Of a stretch of 64,000 bases of DNA, positions 48,180 through 57,728 are shown piece by piece. Each line of letters starts with the position of its first letter. Position 1 is the stretch's first letter. This DNA comes from a virus. The notes below the pieces were generated by a model, which was not told where the DNA came from, ran no database searches, and saw only the letters and a program-made list of their open reading frames with translations. The stretch is taken from IMG/VR virus record IMGVR_UViG_3300030060_007200; one strand, given 5' to 3'. Position numbers and translations under genes: made by a program.

Positions 48180-50453
48180 CTAAAAATATATCATACCGGT
48201 AATTTGGTTTATTGGTGCAAATGCTCCAGTTAGCTTGTATGTTTTTCCTTTATATACAAATACTAAACCTTCACTTGGCACAATAGAATTCATACCACCG
48301 ATAGAGTTTAATTTATTTAATTGTTGTGTTAACCTATTTATTTTTTTAATATCGCCGCCTTTTTTAACAACTGATATAGATTGCTGAACTTGTTTTCTTA
48401 TATTTTGTACTGCCTTATCTGGATTTGCTGCCAAGAATCCATCGACATTTTTTAATACCTCTGCACCTAATTCGAAAAATAACAATTCAAATGGTAACAT
48501 GTTTTTCTTTACTTGGTCAGCATGGTTTATTTTGTCAAACTCTTTTGCTTTTTCTAATACTTTTGCATCAGTAATATTTTTCGCATTAAGTCTAAATGAT
48601 TTATCAAAAAATGCCCATCGTTTTACTAACCCCATTTTTATAGTATTATCAATGCCTTTGAATTTTTTATCTACAAAATCTGACCACCAAGCTTGATGAT
48701 ATTCACCAAATGTGTTAGAGTCAGACATATTAAATTTTTTCATTAGACCATTTAGCTTTCCTAAAAAATAAGGTTTTTTTGCAGAATAGTCTTGGTGTTT
48801 TTTAACTTTAAGAAATTGCGGTCCTATTATAGAAAAATTCTTTTGTACATTTTGATTTACCTGAGTTATCATACCTGCAAGCATTCTAGCACCGCCAGAA
48901 ACAGCACCTATAGGTTTACCTTCTTTATATTGTAATACATTATGAAATTGAAGATGTGGTGCGTCATAGTTAATTACATTAGACGATGCAGGGTACATTA
49001 TTTCCATATTAACCCAATTGTTACCATCGTCAAAAACTTTTTTCAATTGCTTGTCGCTTAGAGATTTTATAGCTTTTGTTAAATCACCCATAGCATAATT
49101 AAATGCCTTTTCTATATTACCTCTACCTGAAAACTTTTTTGCTATTGCTTTAGAATCTACACCACCTCGCTTTATATCACCTGCATTTCTTGCTGCTAAT
49201 AATTTATTGTTCCATGTAATAAATAAATTTTGTCCATCTGTTTTTTCAGTTGCCTTTTCATCTATATCTAACTTACCTTGTAATGCTACATCTATTATTT
49301 GTCGAAAATCTCCGAATGTCAAACCTTTGTCATCGAATGGATGAGACATGTGTCCGTATGCGCCGCCTTCTAATAAAAGTCCTTCTGCAAGACTTCCTGG
49401 CTTTTCCATTTTTATAGGTTCATCTTCATTTGAATCTCTAGATATCTCTGCTCCTAAAAAGTTTACAAACTCATATCCAACTCTTGTCGCTATATACTTA
49501 GACCATTTAGCCCAACGGTCATATGCAACACGTCCTTTTTTATCAGCCAATACATTTGTACCTGCTAAAGAACCTGGCAAACCTACTGGCCAATATGATA
49601 CTGCACCTGTAGGTCCTTTTGGAAATTTTGTATCGTGAACAAAAAACTCTTCGTCACCTGAAATATAATTAAGTACCTCCATACCCAAACTTGCAGCCGA
49701 TCGCTTACCGAAAGCTTTCCATGACGCCTGATTTCCCCAATAACCTCTAGGTCCATCATCGACAGGATTTACCACAGATGTTTCTCCTGCGTTTGTATTT
49801 TCTTTAATAAATTTACTTATATCAAAATAACTACAAAAACCTTCCATCACTTCGTTAAGCTTCTCTAATTTATTTACAATTAAATTATAATTTTTTGTAT
49901 GTCCAAATATACCTTTGAATATTTTTAATTTATCTTTCTTTTCTAATGATTTGTCGCCTAATGCATTTCTTATTGCAGTACCACTCATCTCTCCATATCC
50001 TGGTACATTAAGACTGACATGAGGAGCTATTATCGTATAAGCGCCTTCTCTATACCCTACCTCTGCTTTACCTTTCCAAGGGCGGAAAAATTTACCACCT
50101 AATCTTTGTGCGTCTTTTTTACCTACCATAAATACTGCAGCGGTTGTTTCAGGGTCGTACTTCTTTAATATTTCTTCTGCCTTATATGGATTTTTAACCT
50201 GTACAACATTAGATATTCCATGTGAATTTATTATCTTCTTTTTTTCATTAAAACTAAAAGGTGATTTTGGCAAGGCTACTTTACCTGAAGTTGCAACATA
50301 GGCAACATCAAATCCTCTACCTGCCAACCATTGGTATGTCTTTGCGTGATGAGCACCCATAGGTTGAAAGCGTCCAGGATAAATTGCAACAATAACTTTT
50401 ATCTTAGAATCTTGTTCTACTATTTGATTAGCCAACCATTTACCTAAACTCAT
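48180..50453 (-). CDS. Fusion: HIGH-type nucleotidyltransferase domain + ATP-dependent ligase-like (KxDG) domain
   Basis: N-term YPGRFQPMGAHH...SGTAIR; C-term EGGAYGHMSHP, TEKTDGQN, EGLVF...YKLTG. Confidence 0.75.
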   Translation of the reverse strand: MSLGKWLANQIVEQDSKIKVIVAIYPGRFQPMGAHHAKTYQWLAGRGFDVAYVATSGKVALPKSPFSFNEKKKIINSHGISNVVQVKNPYKAEEILKKYDPETTAAVFMVGKKDAQRLGGKFFRPWKGKAEVGYREGAYTIIAPHVSLNVPGYGEMSGTAIRNALGDKSLEKKDKLKIFKGIFGHTKNYNLIVNKLEKLNEVMEGFCSYFDISKFIKENTNAGETSVVNPVDDGPRGYWGNQASWKAFGKRSAASLGMEVLNYISGDEEFFVHDTKFPKGPTGAVSYWPVGLPGSLAGTNVLADKKGRVAYDRWAKWSKYIATRVGYEFVNFLGAEISRDSNEDEPIKMEKPGSLAEGLLLEGGAYGHMSHPFDDKGLTFGDFRQIIDVALQGKLDIDEKATEKTDGQNLFITWNNKLLAARNAGDIKRGGVDSKAIAKKFSGRGNIEKAFNYAMGDLTKAIKSLSDKQLKKVFDDGNNWVNMEIMYPASSNVINYDAPHLQFHNVLQYKEGKPIGAVSGGARMLAGMITQVNQNVQKNFSIIGPQFLKVKKHQDYSAKKPYFLGKLNGLMKKFNMSDSNTFGEYHQAWWSDFVDKKFKGIDNTIKMGLVKRWAFFDKSFRLNAKNITDAKVLEKAKEFDKINHADQVKKNMLPFELLFFELGAEVLKNVDGFLAANPDKAVQNIRKQVQQSISVVKKGGDIKKINRLTQQLNKLNSIGGMNSIVPSEGLVFVYKGKTYKLTGAFAPINQITGMIYF

Positions 50454-51151
50454 TTCTTTCTCAGCTCCAATTCTTTTTTAATCCACTGTTTTGCTATGTG
50501 ATTTTGTACAGGTCGTTTAACAAATTCTCTTGCACCGCTTTTAATTATTTTAGGAAAGTCTTTATACTCACTGTTATCAACAACAAGCATGTTGCTACTT
50601 CCAAACAAACCTTGAAATTTACCTAAATTATTTTGTACAGCCTTCCAAGATTTTTTTACTAATTCTGTAGGCAGTTTTCTATCTCTCTTAAAATTTCTTT
50701 CAAGTGCAACATCAAGGTCTGTATTTACAAAAATCATAAAACAATCATATCCTACCTCCTGTAGTCGTTTTTTCTGTTTTGCAATTTTTGCATAATCTTT
50801 TCCTGTTCCATCAATCAGCATACCAAGTCTTCCATTGATATAATTTTTTAATGCAGCGTCTCTTACCTTTTTACTTTTATCTCTTAACACCATTGCTTGG
50901 TCCATCTCTTCAGGACTTAGTTTAGAAATATCCTGAGACATTCCTGACATTTGTAAATATGTTTCAAAGTATTTGTCACTATTAACAGATTTTAATCCGT
51001 CTGCAGAAACAAAAGGCATTTTCTCTGGCATACCAAATAATGTTGATGCTGCATATGATTTACCACTACCAGGACCTCCTGCTGTAAATATAGCTTTGAA
51101 TATACCTGGGTCATATACACCTTCGTTTAATATGTCGAATAATTTAATCAC
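50450..51151 (-). CDS. P-loop kinase (zeta-toxin/PNK-like); likely start GTG 51151
   Basis: AGGPGSGKS, VNSD, LIDGTG, ALERNFKRDR. Confidence 0.8.
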   Translation of the reverse strand: MIKLFDILNEGVYDPGIFKAIFTAGGPGSGKSYAASTLFGMPEKMPFVSADGLKSVNSDKYFETYLQMSGMSQDISKLSPEEMDQAMVLRDKSKKVRDAALKNYINGRLGMLIDGTGKDYAKIAKQKKRLQEVGYDCFMIFVNTDLDVALERNFKRDRKLPTELVKKSWKAVQNNLGKFQGLFGSSNMLVVDNSEYKDFPKIIKSGAREFVKRPVQNHIAKQWIKKELELRKK

Positions 51152-51320
51152 CTGACAATGCACTCTTTATTGTATTTACCTCTGCTACCAATTCATCTAT
51201 CTTTTCTTTTAGTAGTTTTATTGTTAATGTTTCTGGTAGCTCGTCATTTGCTATATACGACTTTTCAGTATTATGAGTACCATCATCTAATTCTTGTGTC
51301 AATGTTTTTATATCTGCCAT
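51144..51320 (-). CDS. 58-aa coiled-coil protein (missed by ORF track)
   Basis: MADIKTLTQELDDGTHN...LLKEKIDELVAEVN...; fills the gap exactly; resembles the N-terminus of the 52702-53604 protein. Confidence 0.75.
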   Translation of the reverse strand: MADIKTLTQELDDGTHNTEKSYIANDELPETLTIKLLKEKIDELVAEVNTIKSALSGD

Positions 51321-51324
51321 ATTA

Positions 51325-52683
51325 TTACCTCTGAGTTATTATACAGTTTATTAAAGCTGGTGCATTTTTAGCTGCTGTTGAATCTTCTGAGCCTATTCCT
51401 ATAAATATCATGTAGCCTTTACTTAAATTTGCTGTATGTGTAAAATCATTTGTTACAAATTTTCCCTGTACGAATGAAGCATCTTGATGAGCCAACAATG
51501 TTATATCAAGATTTGTGCTAGCATCATTATTAGGTCTGTTTGCTCCATATAAACCTAAAAAGAAATTATCACCTGTACAGGCACCACCAGGTCTACATGA
51601 GACTTGTAATTCAACAGCACTTACATCGAAAGGAAGTATCATCCCCCATCTGAAATTGTCTTCTGCAATTGATATTGTACTAACAGAGCCTAGAGTACCT
51701 CCTGATGCTTGAGCAGTATTCCAGTTAGAGTCCTGATTACTATAATTGTTTCCCATATACACTGCATTTTGTGTAAAAGGATTTGCGTTTATATAAATTA
51801 CACCTGAATACAATAAGTGTTTTGTGCCTGCGTATTTTGTGAATGAAGCATTTGATGCTGTAACATTCATTGACTTTATTGTACCGCTTGATGATACATT
51901 ACCACTTGTATCTAATGTTAGAGTGTTTGTTCCACTTTCATCTCTATCAAATAATAAAGGTCCACCTTCATATGTTATTCTTGATTGATTATCTTGTGCT
52001 TTTAATTTTAATTCTGCACCTGAATTTCTAGCAAGAGCTGCTACAGCATTTGAACCATTTGTATCCACTGTTATTCCGGTTGAGGATACGTTGCCACCAA
52101 ATGAACCACTACCACCAACTGTAAGCCCTCTTGTATTAGGATTGTATTTTAGATTAGCACTTGTTTCTACTGTTTGGCCAGCGCTGGCTCCATCAACTAC
52201 AGTAACAAAAAAGTCTGTATTATCTGTTGTTGCTACTGCCTGTACAGTCTGTGCTGTTGTTGCAGTTGTGCATGTGTTTGCTGAACCAACAGTTAATTCA
52301 CCAATAAGGTCAGACTCTGCTGTTAATACCGCTCCTGCTCCTCCCCATACTCCACTATCAATTGACCGTTTTTGTAACGTACCGTCATCTGCCATTATCA
52401 CAGCTGTATTTGTTGTTCCAGCTGCAAGTGCTGAATTAAGTTTTCCTGCGGTTATTGTACCACTTGCTGTAATATTACCTGTACCTGTATGGCTTCCGTA
52501 GTAACCTTTTATTTTATTAGATGCTGTAATTTCTGAAAAACAGAAACTAGACTTTGTTACATTGCTCGAACCTGAACCATAGTATAAAGAACCTGATGAT
52601 ACATTTATACCTAGCTCACCTTGTTTCAATGCTGCTGGTGCTTGTGAACCTGTTCCGTGTTTTAATATTATTCTCTGTGCCAT
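51325..52683 (-). CDS. Tail fibre / receptor-binding protein
   Basis: IILKHG...LKQGELGIN...LYYG N-terminal fibre motif; Ser/Thr/Gly-rich shaft. Confidence 0.8.
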   Translation of the reverse strand: MAQRIILKHGTGSQAPAALKQGELGINVSSGSLYYGSGSSNVTKSSFCFSEITASNKIKGYYGSHTGTGNITASGTITAGKLNSALAAGTTNTAVIMADDGTLQKRSIDSGVWGGAGAVLTAESDLIGELTVGSANTCTTATTAQTVQAVATTDNTDFFVTVVDGASAGQTVETSANLKYNPNTRGLTVGGSGSFGGNVSSTGITVDTNGSNAVAALARNSGAELKLKAQDNQSRITYEGGPLLFDRDESGTNTLTLDTSGNVSSSGTIKSMNVTASNASFTKYAGTKHLLYSGVIYINANPFTQNAVYMGNNYSNQDSNWNTAQASGGTLGSVSTISIAEDNFRWGMILPFDVSAVELQVSCRPGGACTGDNFFLGLYGANRPNNDASTNLDITLLAHQDASFVQGKFVTNDFTHTANLSKGYMIFIGIGSEDSTAAKNAPALINCIITQR

Positions 52684-52701
52684 ATTCTATAAATATCTTG
52701 T

Positions 52702-53604
52702 TTAAGAATTATTGAATGTAAGTATGCCACCATATACTCTTGTTGCAGAGGTGTCATCACTTAAGTTTATTTTAATCCATATATAATGTGTACTAGCATT
52801 AAAGCTTTTTGCGTTTGCAGAAAAAGAAAGAGCTTTTCCTAATGGTCCTGTTCCTAATGATAAGGTTGGTGAACCTACGCCATTAAAAGGTACAGCGTAT
52901 GCCGCCAGTGCGTCTGCAACAATTTGACTAGAATAAACTCCTACTGTTTTTCCAACAATACTAGAGCCTACAGGTAGCGATAATTGTGCATGGCACTCAC
53001 CACCTGAAGGTATTGTAATATAGCCTCCAGAATAATTACTTGTTGTGCTCACCATATAAAAATCTTTTGGCATTAACATATATGTTGTATTAGAGCCTTT
53101 ATACCCCTTTGCGTTCAGTGCAGTTGTAGCCGTTCCTGTTGTGTCTTGATTTCCTTTTGTATTAACACCAGGTAAATTTATATTAGCTGTTCCATTAAAG
53201 CTAACACCGCCTATAGTTCTGGCAGTTGCAAGTTTACTTGCTGCTGTTGCTGTTGCTGCATTACCAGTTGTATCTTGATTTCCGGCTATATTAACACCTG
53301 GTAAATCTATATTTGCAGTACCTGGAAACTGTACGCCGCCAATGCTAGGATTTGCTTTAAGCTTTTCTGCGTATGTTGCAACAGATAAGCCGTCACTTGC
53401 GTTAACCTCTAAAAGATTTACAATATCTATAATTTCTTCTGATTTTTTATTGAGGTATTGTATGGCATCATCATAAGGATTGTCATTGTGAGTTGTATCA
53501 TCAAATCTAGTTCTAATATTTTGTTGCTTTTGCGTGGTTGCTAAATTTGAATAGGCACTACCAGTATCATTAGATATATTATTTGATTTTTTAATATTTG
53601 CCAT
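52702..53604 (-). CDS. Tail fibre-like protein
   Basis: Two IGGVxFxGTANIxLPGVNxxGNQDTTG repeats. Confidence 0.8.
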   Translation of the reverse strand: MANIKKSNNISNDTGSAYSNLATTQKQQNIRTRFDDTTHNDNPYDDAIQYLNKKSEEIIDIVNLLEVNASDGLSVATYAEKLKANPSIGGVQFPGTANIDLPGVNIAGNQDTTGNAATATAASKLATARTIGGVSFNGTANINLPGVNTKGNQDTTGTATTALNAKGYKGSNTTYMLMPKDFYMVSTTSNYSGGYITIPSGGECHAQLSLPVGSSIVGKTVGVYSSQIVADALAAYAVPFNGVGSPTLSLGTGPLGKALSFSANAKSFNASTHYIWIKINLSDDTSATRVYGGILTFNNS

Positions 53605-55433
53605 TATTTTATTCTCCTATATTCCAACTGCCACATACCTCTAAAATTACCACTTCCTGTATACGGTGCGCCAAGTCTAATTCTAGGATATAATATACTA
53701 CCTACATCAAATGCACCTGATACAGGACATTGTATTTCATACATTCCATAAACAACAGACATTGTATTAACAAAGTTTGCTGAAAGACCATTTTCAAAAA
53801 GATTGTCGTTGTCAGCAGAAGTCAAAGGATATGTAAAACCTCCACCTGCTTGGCTAAGGTCTGTTTTAGGTTTAACAACAACTGATGCTGTAACTGCTGC
53901 TCCTGTAAAAGGCTTTGTTAAACCTGTTAATATAAATTTAGCCGATACCAATTCGGCCTTGTGCTGTAAGTGGTGGCCACTGTTTAGATATACAATACCA
54001 GTGTGTGGATATGCAGAGTAGTCTCTGTTCCAATAGTAATAATTAGGTCCTTGTGAGTTAGGTCCGTACCAAGTATTTGCATCAGCACCATTCTGTAATT
54101 GAAAGCTATACTGTATTGTTTCTGTATTTGTTGAGTATACATTTCCACTTGAACTTACTACTGAAGCTGTTACGTTTTGTGAGTTAATATCTGGTACTGT
54201 TAACCTTCCATCAGCTGCATTATATGTAAATGTTCCTGTATCGTCTCTTAATCCGTTTACTTCGTTGTGAAAAACTACTGGCGTTTCTGCATCTGCTGTA
54301 GAATTAGTAACTGTAACCGAACCTGCTAATGTTGCATTATCAACTACAGTCGCCGCAATTACATCTGAAAGAGATGTTCCGCCAATTGTTATTGCGTCTG
54401 CTTCTAATGTTCCATCAAAATCACCATCAACTGCATCTATATTTCCAACAAAAGTAGCCGCGGTTATATCACCACTTGCGCTTATATCACCTGAGGCTGT
54501 TATATTACCTGGTATGTTTGTTGGTACATTACCTATACGGATTTCGGCTCCGCTATAGTCTATTATTTGCTGACCTCTTGAATAATAGGCAGTTGCTTCT
54601 ATATCCCCACTTGAGCTTACATCACTTCCTGTTATACCGCCTGTAAGTGTTAGTCTATTTTTGCTTGGGTTGTATCTTATACCACCATCATATTTTATTC
54701 CTTGTGCTCCAGTATCTCCATTGTCCAAAAATGTTATAAACTGGTCTTCGTCTTCTGCGTTACTACCAGCAACAATATTTGTAGCGTTTGTAGCATTGAC
54801 AGCGTTTGTAGCAGATGATGCTATTCCTTCTACATTTCCAACAAATACACCGTCATAATTTACATAAGATGAAACATCTCCATTTGCTTTCCTGAATTCC
54901 AGTGGTAATTCATCGCTAATATTTATTTTTATATTAGAAGCTGTAATACCTGCACTCATACTTATGTGGCCACCTTGTCTAAATTCAATAGGTCTTTCGT
55001 TTCTATTAAAAAGTATGTACATTGAAGATGTAGCTGTAATGTTTTGAAATGCGAACCCAGCTCTACCACTGGCATTTGCAAATGCTGGAGAATCACCATT
55101 TTCTACTGTTGTCGATGCATTCATCTTTGCAAATTGTATAGTATTAGTATTTCCTAGATTCTGTTCTATTGTTGCGAGATTATCCCAGTTAACATTTGTA
55201 ACGTTTGCAAGATATCCCCACTGCGTTGCAGTTATGTTTGCAGAGCCAATAGCTGCTATCTCTGCCCATTCTGTATTTGTTATGTTTGAAGAACCTATCT
55301 CTTGTAGAGATGCCAGCTCAGTCTGACTTAGCACTGTACTTCCTGTACCGTCAAATATAGCTGCACCGTCTGTGTGCAACACTCGCTGGTAAGTATTTTG
55401 TATTAGCGAACCTGATAAATCTGGTAAAGCCAT
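53604..55433 (-). CDS. Tail fibre-like protein
   Basis: GNITASGDISASG beta repeats, ATNA repeats, C-terminal globular domain. Confidence 0.75.
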   Translation of the reverse strand: MALPDLSGSLIQNTYQRVLHTDGAAIFDGTGSTVLSQTELASLQEIGSSNITNTEWAEIAAIGSANITATQWGYLANVTNVNWDNLATIEQNLGNTNTIQFAKMNASTTVENGDSPAFANASGRAGFAFQNITATSSMYILFNRNERPIEFRQGGHISMSAGITASNIKINISDELPLEFRKANGDVSSYVNYDGVFVGNVEGIASSATNAVNATNATNIVAGSNAEDEDQFITFLDNGDTGAQGIKYDGGIRYNPSKNRLTLTGGITGSDVSSSGDIEATAYYSRGQQIIDYSGAEIRIGNVPTNIPGNITASGDISASGDITAATFVGNIDAVDGDFDGTLEADAITIGGTSLSDVIAATVVDNATLAGSVTVTNSTADAETPVVFHNEVNGLRDDTGTFTYNAADGRLTVPDINSQNVTASVVSSSGNVYSTNTETIQYSFQLQNGADANTWYGPNSQGPNYYYWNRDYSAYPHTGIVYLNSGHHLQHKAELVSAKFILTGLTKPFTGAAVTASVVVKPKTDLSQAGGGFTYPLTSADNDNLFENGLSANFVNTMSVVYGMYEIQCPVSGAFDVGSILYPRIRLGAPYTGSGNFRGMWQLEYRRIK

Positions 55434-55443
55434 AACCTATTCC

Positions 55444-56004
55444 CTATTTGCGTTTTTCTAAAACTTTAATAACCTTTTCAATAACAGGCACTCTTTGTTT
55501 ACTTGTTATTGGATTTTCTTGTATATATTCTGCAACTATATTATTAAGCTTGTTCTTCTTTATAGTTAAATTTTCTATATTTATTTCTTCTTTAATCAGC
55601 ATTTTAACCAAATTAAAAATATGCTCTTTTTCCGTTAATGTAGGTTGGGATAATATATGTGCTGTACTTTTGGATTCTTGCAGTTTTGGTTTTGACTGTG
55701 ATAAAACCTCAACAGTCACCTTTTTTGATTGCTCTACTTTGAATTTAGATTCCCAAGGTATAAAATATGTGTCCTCTGCTATTACTTCTAATCGTATTTT
55801 ACCTTGTGTATTTTCATCGATTAAACCTCTCAATCTTTTTACTGGTACTTTAACTTTACCTGTATCAGATATTGTTCCCTTAAACATTACATCAAAGCCT
55901 TCTGCTTCTATAACCAATCTAGCTTTTGACTTCTTTATTGACGCACCTTCAAGTTTTATTTTTGCTTCGAAGTTTTCTATTTTATCCGTGTATAATTTGT
56001 ACAT
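55444..56004 (-). CDS. Hypothetical virion protein
   Basis: Ig-like beta N-terminus (LEVIAEDTYFIPW). Confidence 0.75.
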   Translation of the reverse strand: MYKLYTDKIENFEAKIKLEGASIKKSKARLVIEAEGFDVMFKGTISDTGKVKVPVKRLRGLIDENTQGKIRLEVIAEDTYFIPWESKFKVEQSKKVTVEVLSQSKPKLQESKSTAHILSQPTLTEKEHIFNLVKMLIKEEINIENLTIKKNKLNNIVAEYIQENPITSKQRVPVIEKVIKVLEKRK

Positions 56005-56266
56005 TTTTCTTTATCTCCTCTGCCATTAGTTTTATATCATCTATGTGCAGCTCGATGTTTTCCACTTCTTTATTTTCGTCGTAAATCTTTATTCCTTTAT
56101 ACCACATTAAAAGACGTATTACTTTCTTTCTTTTCTTTTTATCTTTATCTCGCTTCTTCCAGTTTTTACCGCCTTCTATCTCAGCAATTATCTCCTGTAC
56201 AAGATTCCAATAATGTGGATTGTTGTTCCACTCAAAGTCTGCCGTATTCCATTCAATAAATGCCAT
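55982..56266 (-). CDS. Hypothetical protein
   Basis: WNTADFEWNNNPHYWN; late promoter immediately upstream. Confidence 0.75.
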   Translation of the reverse strand: MAFIEWNTADFEWNNNPHYWNLVQEIIAEIEGGKNWKKRDKDKKKRKKVIRLLMWYKGIKIYDENKEVENIELHIDDIKLMAEEIKKNVQIIHG

Positions 56267-56288
56267 ATATAAATATCAAACTATTTTG

Positions 56289-57728
56289 TTAAATACCAAA
56301 CAGTCCAGGACCAAAGTCTCCACCATCAACCTGCAAATTACTTCCTGTAAAAAACTTATTTGCTGATAATGCCGGACTTCCTGTAAATGCCGAGTTCAAT
56401 GTTAATGAGCTACCTGTAAAAAATTTATTTGCTGATAATGCAGGACTACCTGTAAACATAGAATTTAATGTTAATGAACTACCTGTAAAAAATTTATTTG
56501 CTGCAAGAGCGGCGCTTGCTGTAAATGTAGGTATACCTGTATTGTATAGTTTACCTTGAGAATGTATATTTCCATTTGATGCAATTTCAAAATCATTGTT
56601 TGTTGTAAAAGATGTACCTTGATGTATTGCAAATACAGATTGATTTTCATCTACACCTGCAATCCATCTTTTTGCTGTGGTATTATTCCAAAATATAATT
56701 CTTCTATCAGCATCACCTGGGTTTGCTCTTGTATTACCTATACCTAAATAATTGTTATCTACGGTAAGTACCGCACTGTTTGTTACCATTAAGCTGCCTA
56801 GTGCGAGTTGTAAGTCTTCACTTACTACTGCAGATTCTATACCTCCTATTCCAAATCTCATCGTGGCCTTAATCGAACTTCCATCAGTCGCAACACCATC
56901 AACAACACCTCTTATACGCATTGCTATTGCTTGCTCTCTTGCAACATCGACATCGACTCTTTTACGCAAAGATTCATCTTCCCAAACCAAACTTCCTAAT
57001 ACATCGTTAACAGAAGCTGTCGAAGGTGTATCAAATGTTCCTGGTGAATATGTTAATACAACTTCAGAACCAGATGTCTCAGTTACAACAGCAGCACCAA
57101 CAGCCCTGTTTGCAAATTTCTTTGTTACAAATTTACCATCTGTAAATTCCAATTCTTTAGAGCCATCGTCGCTTCTAAATTTAATACTGTCAGCCTTAAA
57201 ATCTATATCGTCCTTAGGGTTTGTTGTCTTAAATCCTATTCGGCCAGAACGTGAAACAAACATAAATGTTTTTTCTGTTTCTCCAAACTGTCCTTTTTCA
57301 GTAGGTTTGTGTATTCTCCATTCACCACCTTGTGTAAACCCCATCTCCAAAGAGCTTGTATGTGAAGCAACTGCTGAAGATTGCGAGCCGTCAGCCTCAG
57401 TTCTTGTAAATCTGGAATTTGTAAATGCTGTTCTAAAATTAGATGTAGATTCAGATATAGGTACAGGTATTCGAAAAGAACCTGTTGTAGTTGTATTTCC
57501 AAAAAACTCTATTGAGTTCTGTACTGACATTGACTTAAAAGATGCAGTGATAAACGCTACAGACTCTGTTGGTAAACCTCTTGACATCGAAACCATATTT
57601 GCAGGATTAGCGCCTGCGAAGCGTGGGTGGCCTGATGCTATACTACTACCTGTAGTATAAGACGTTATTGTCATACTTGTTGTTGTAAATATAATTGATG
57701 AGGTTGTAAATATGATATTTTTTGACAT
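56289..57728 (-). CDS. Fibre-associated structural protein with C-terminal tandem repeats
   Basis: GRIGFKTTNP, YLGIGNT fibre motifs; coupled to upstream gene. Confidence 0.75.
   Translation of the reverse strand: MSKNIIFTTSSIIFTTTSMTITSYTTGSSIASGHPRFAGANPANMVSMSRGLPTESVAFITASFKSMSVQNSIEFFGNTTTTGSFRIPVPISESTSNFRTAFTNSRFTRTEADGSQSSAVASHTSSLEMGFTQGGEWRIHKPTEKGQFGETEKTFMFVSRSGRIGFKTTNPKDDIDFKADSIKFRSDDGSKELEFTDGKFVTKKFANRAVGAAVVTETSGSEVVLTYSPGTFDTPSTASVNDVLGSLVWEDESLRKRVDVDVAREQAIAMRIRGVVDGVATDGSSIKATMRFGIGGIESAVVSEDLQLALGSLMVTNSAVLTVDNNYLGIGNTRANPGDADRRIIFWNNTTAKRWIAGVDENQSVFAIHQGTSFTTNNDFEIASNGNIHSQGKLYNTGIPTFTASAALAANKFFTGSSLTLNSMFTGSPALSANKFFTGSSLTLNSAFTGSPALSANKFFTGSNLQVDGGDFGPGLFGI
56341..56526 (-). 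repeat. 69-bp (23-aa) tandem repeat, ~2.7 copies
   Basis: FTGSPALSANKF-FTGSSLTLNSx units. Confidence 0.9.

Noticed and set aside
56341-56526. CRISPR-like repeat array
   Set aside because: Contiguous in-frame 69-bp units with synonymous variation and no unique spacers
56752-57660. 302-aa plus-strand ORF and other plus-strand ORFs
   Set aside because: Antisense shadows of minus-strand genes with no SD or recognisable motifs
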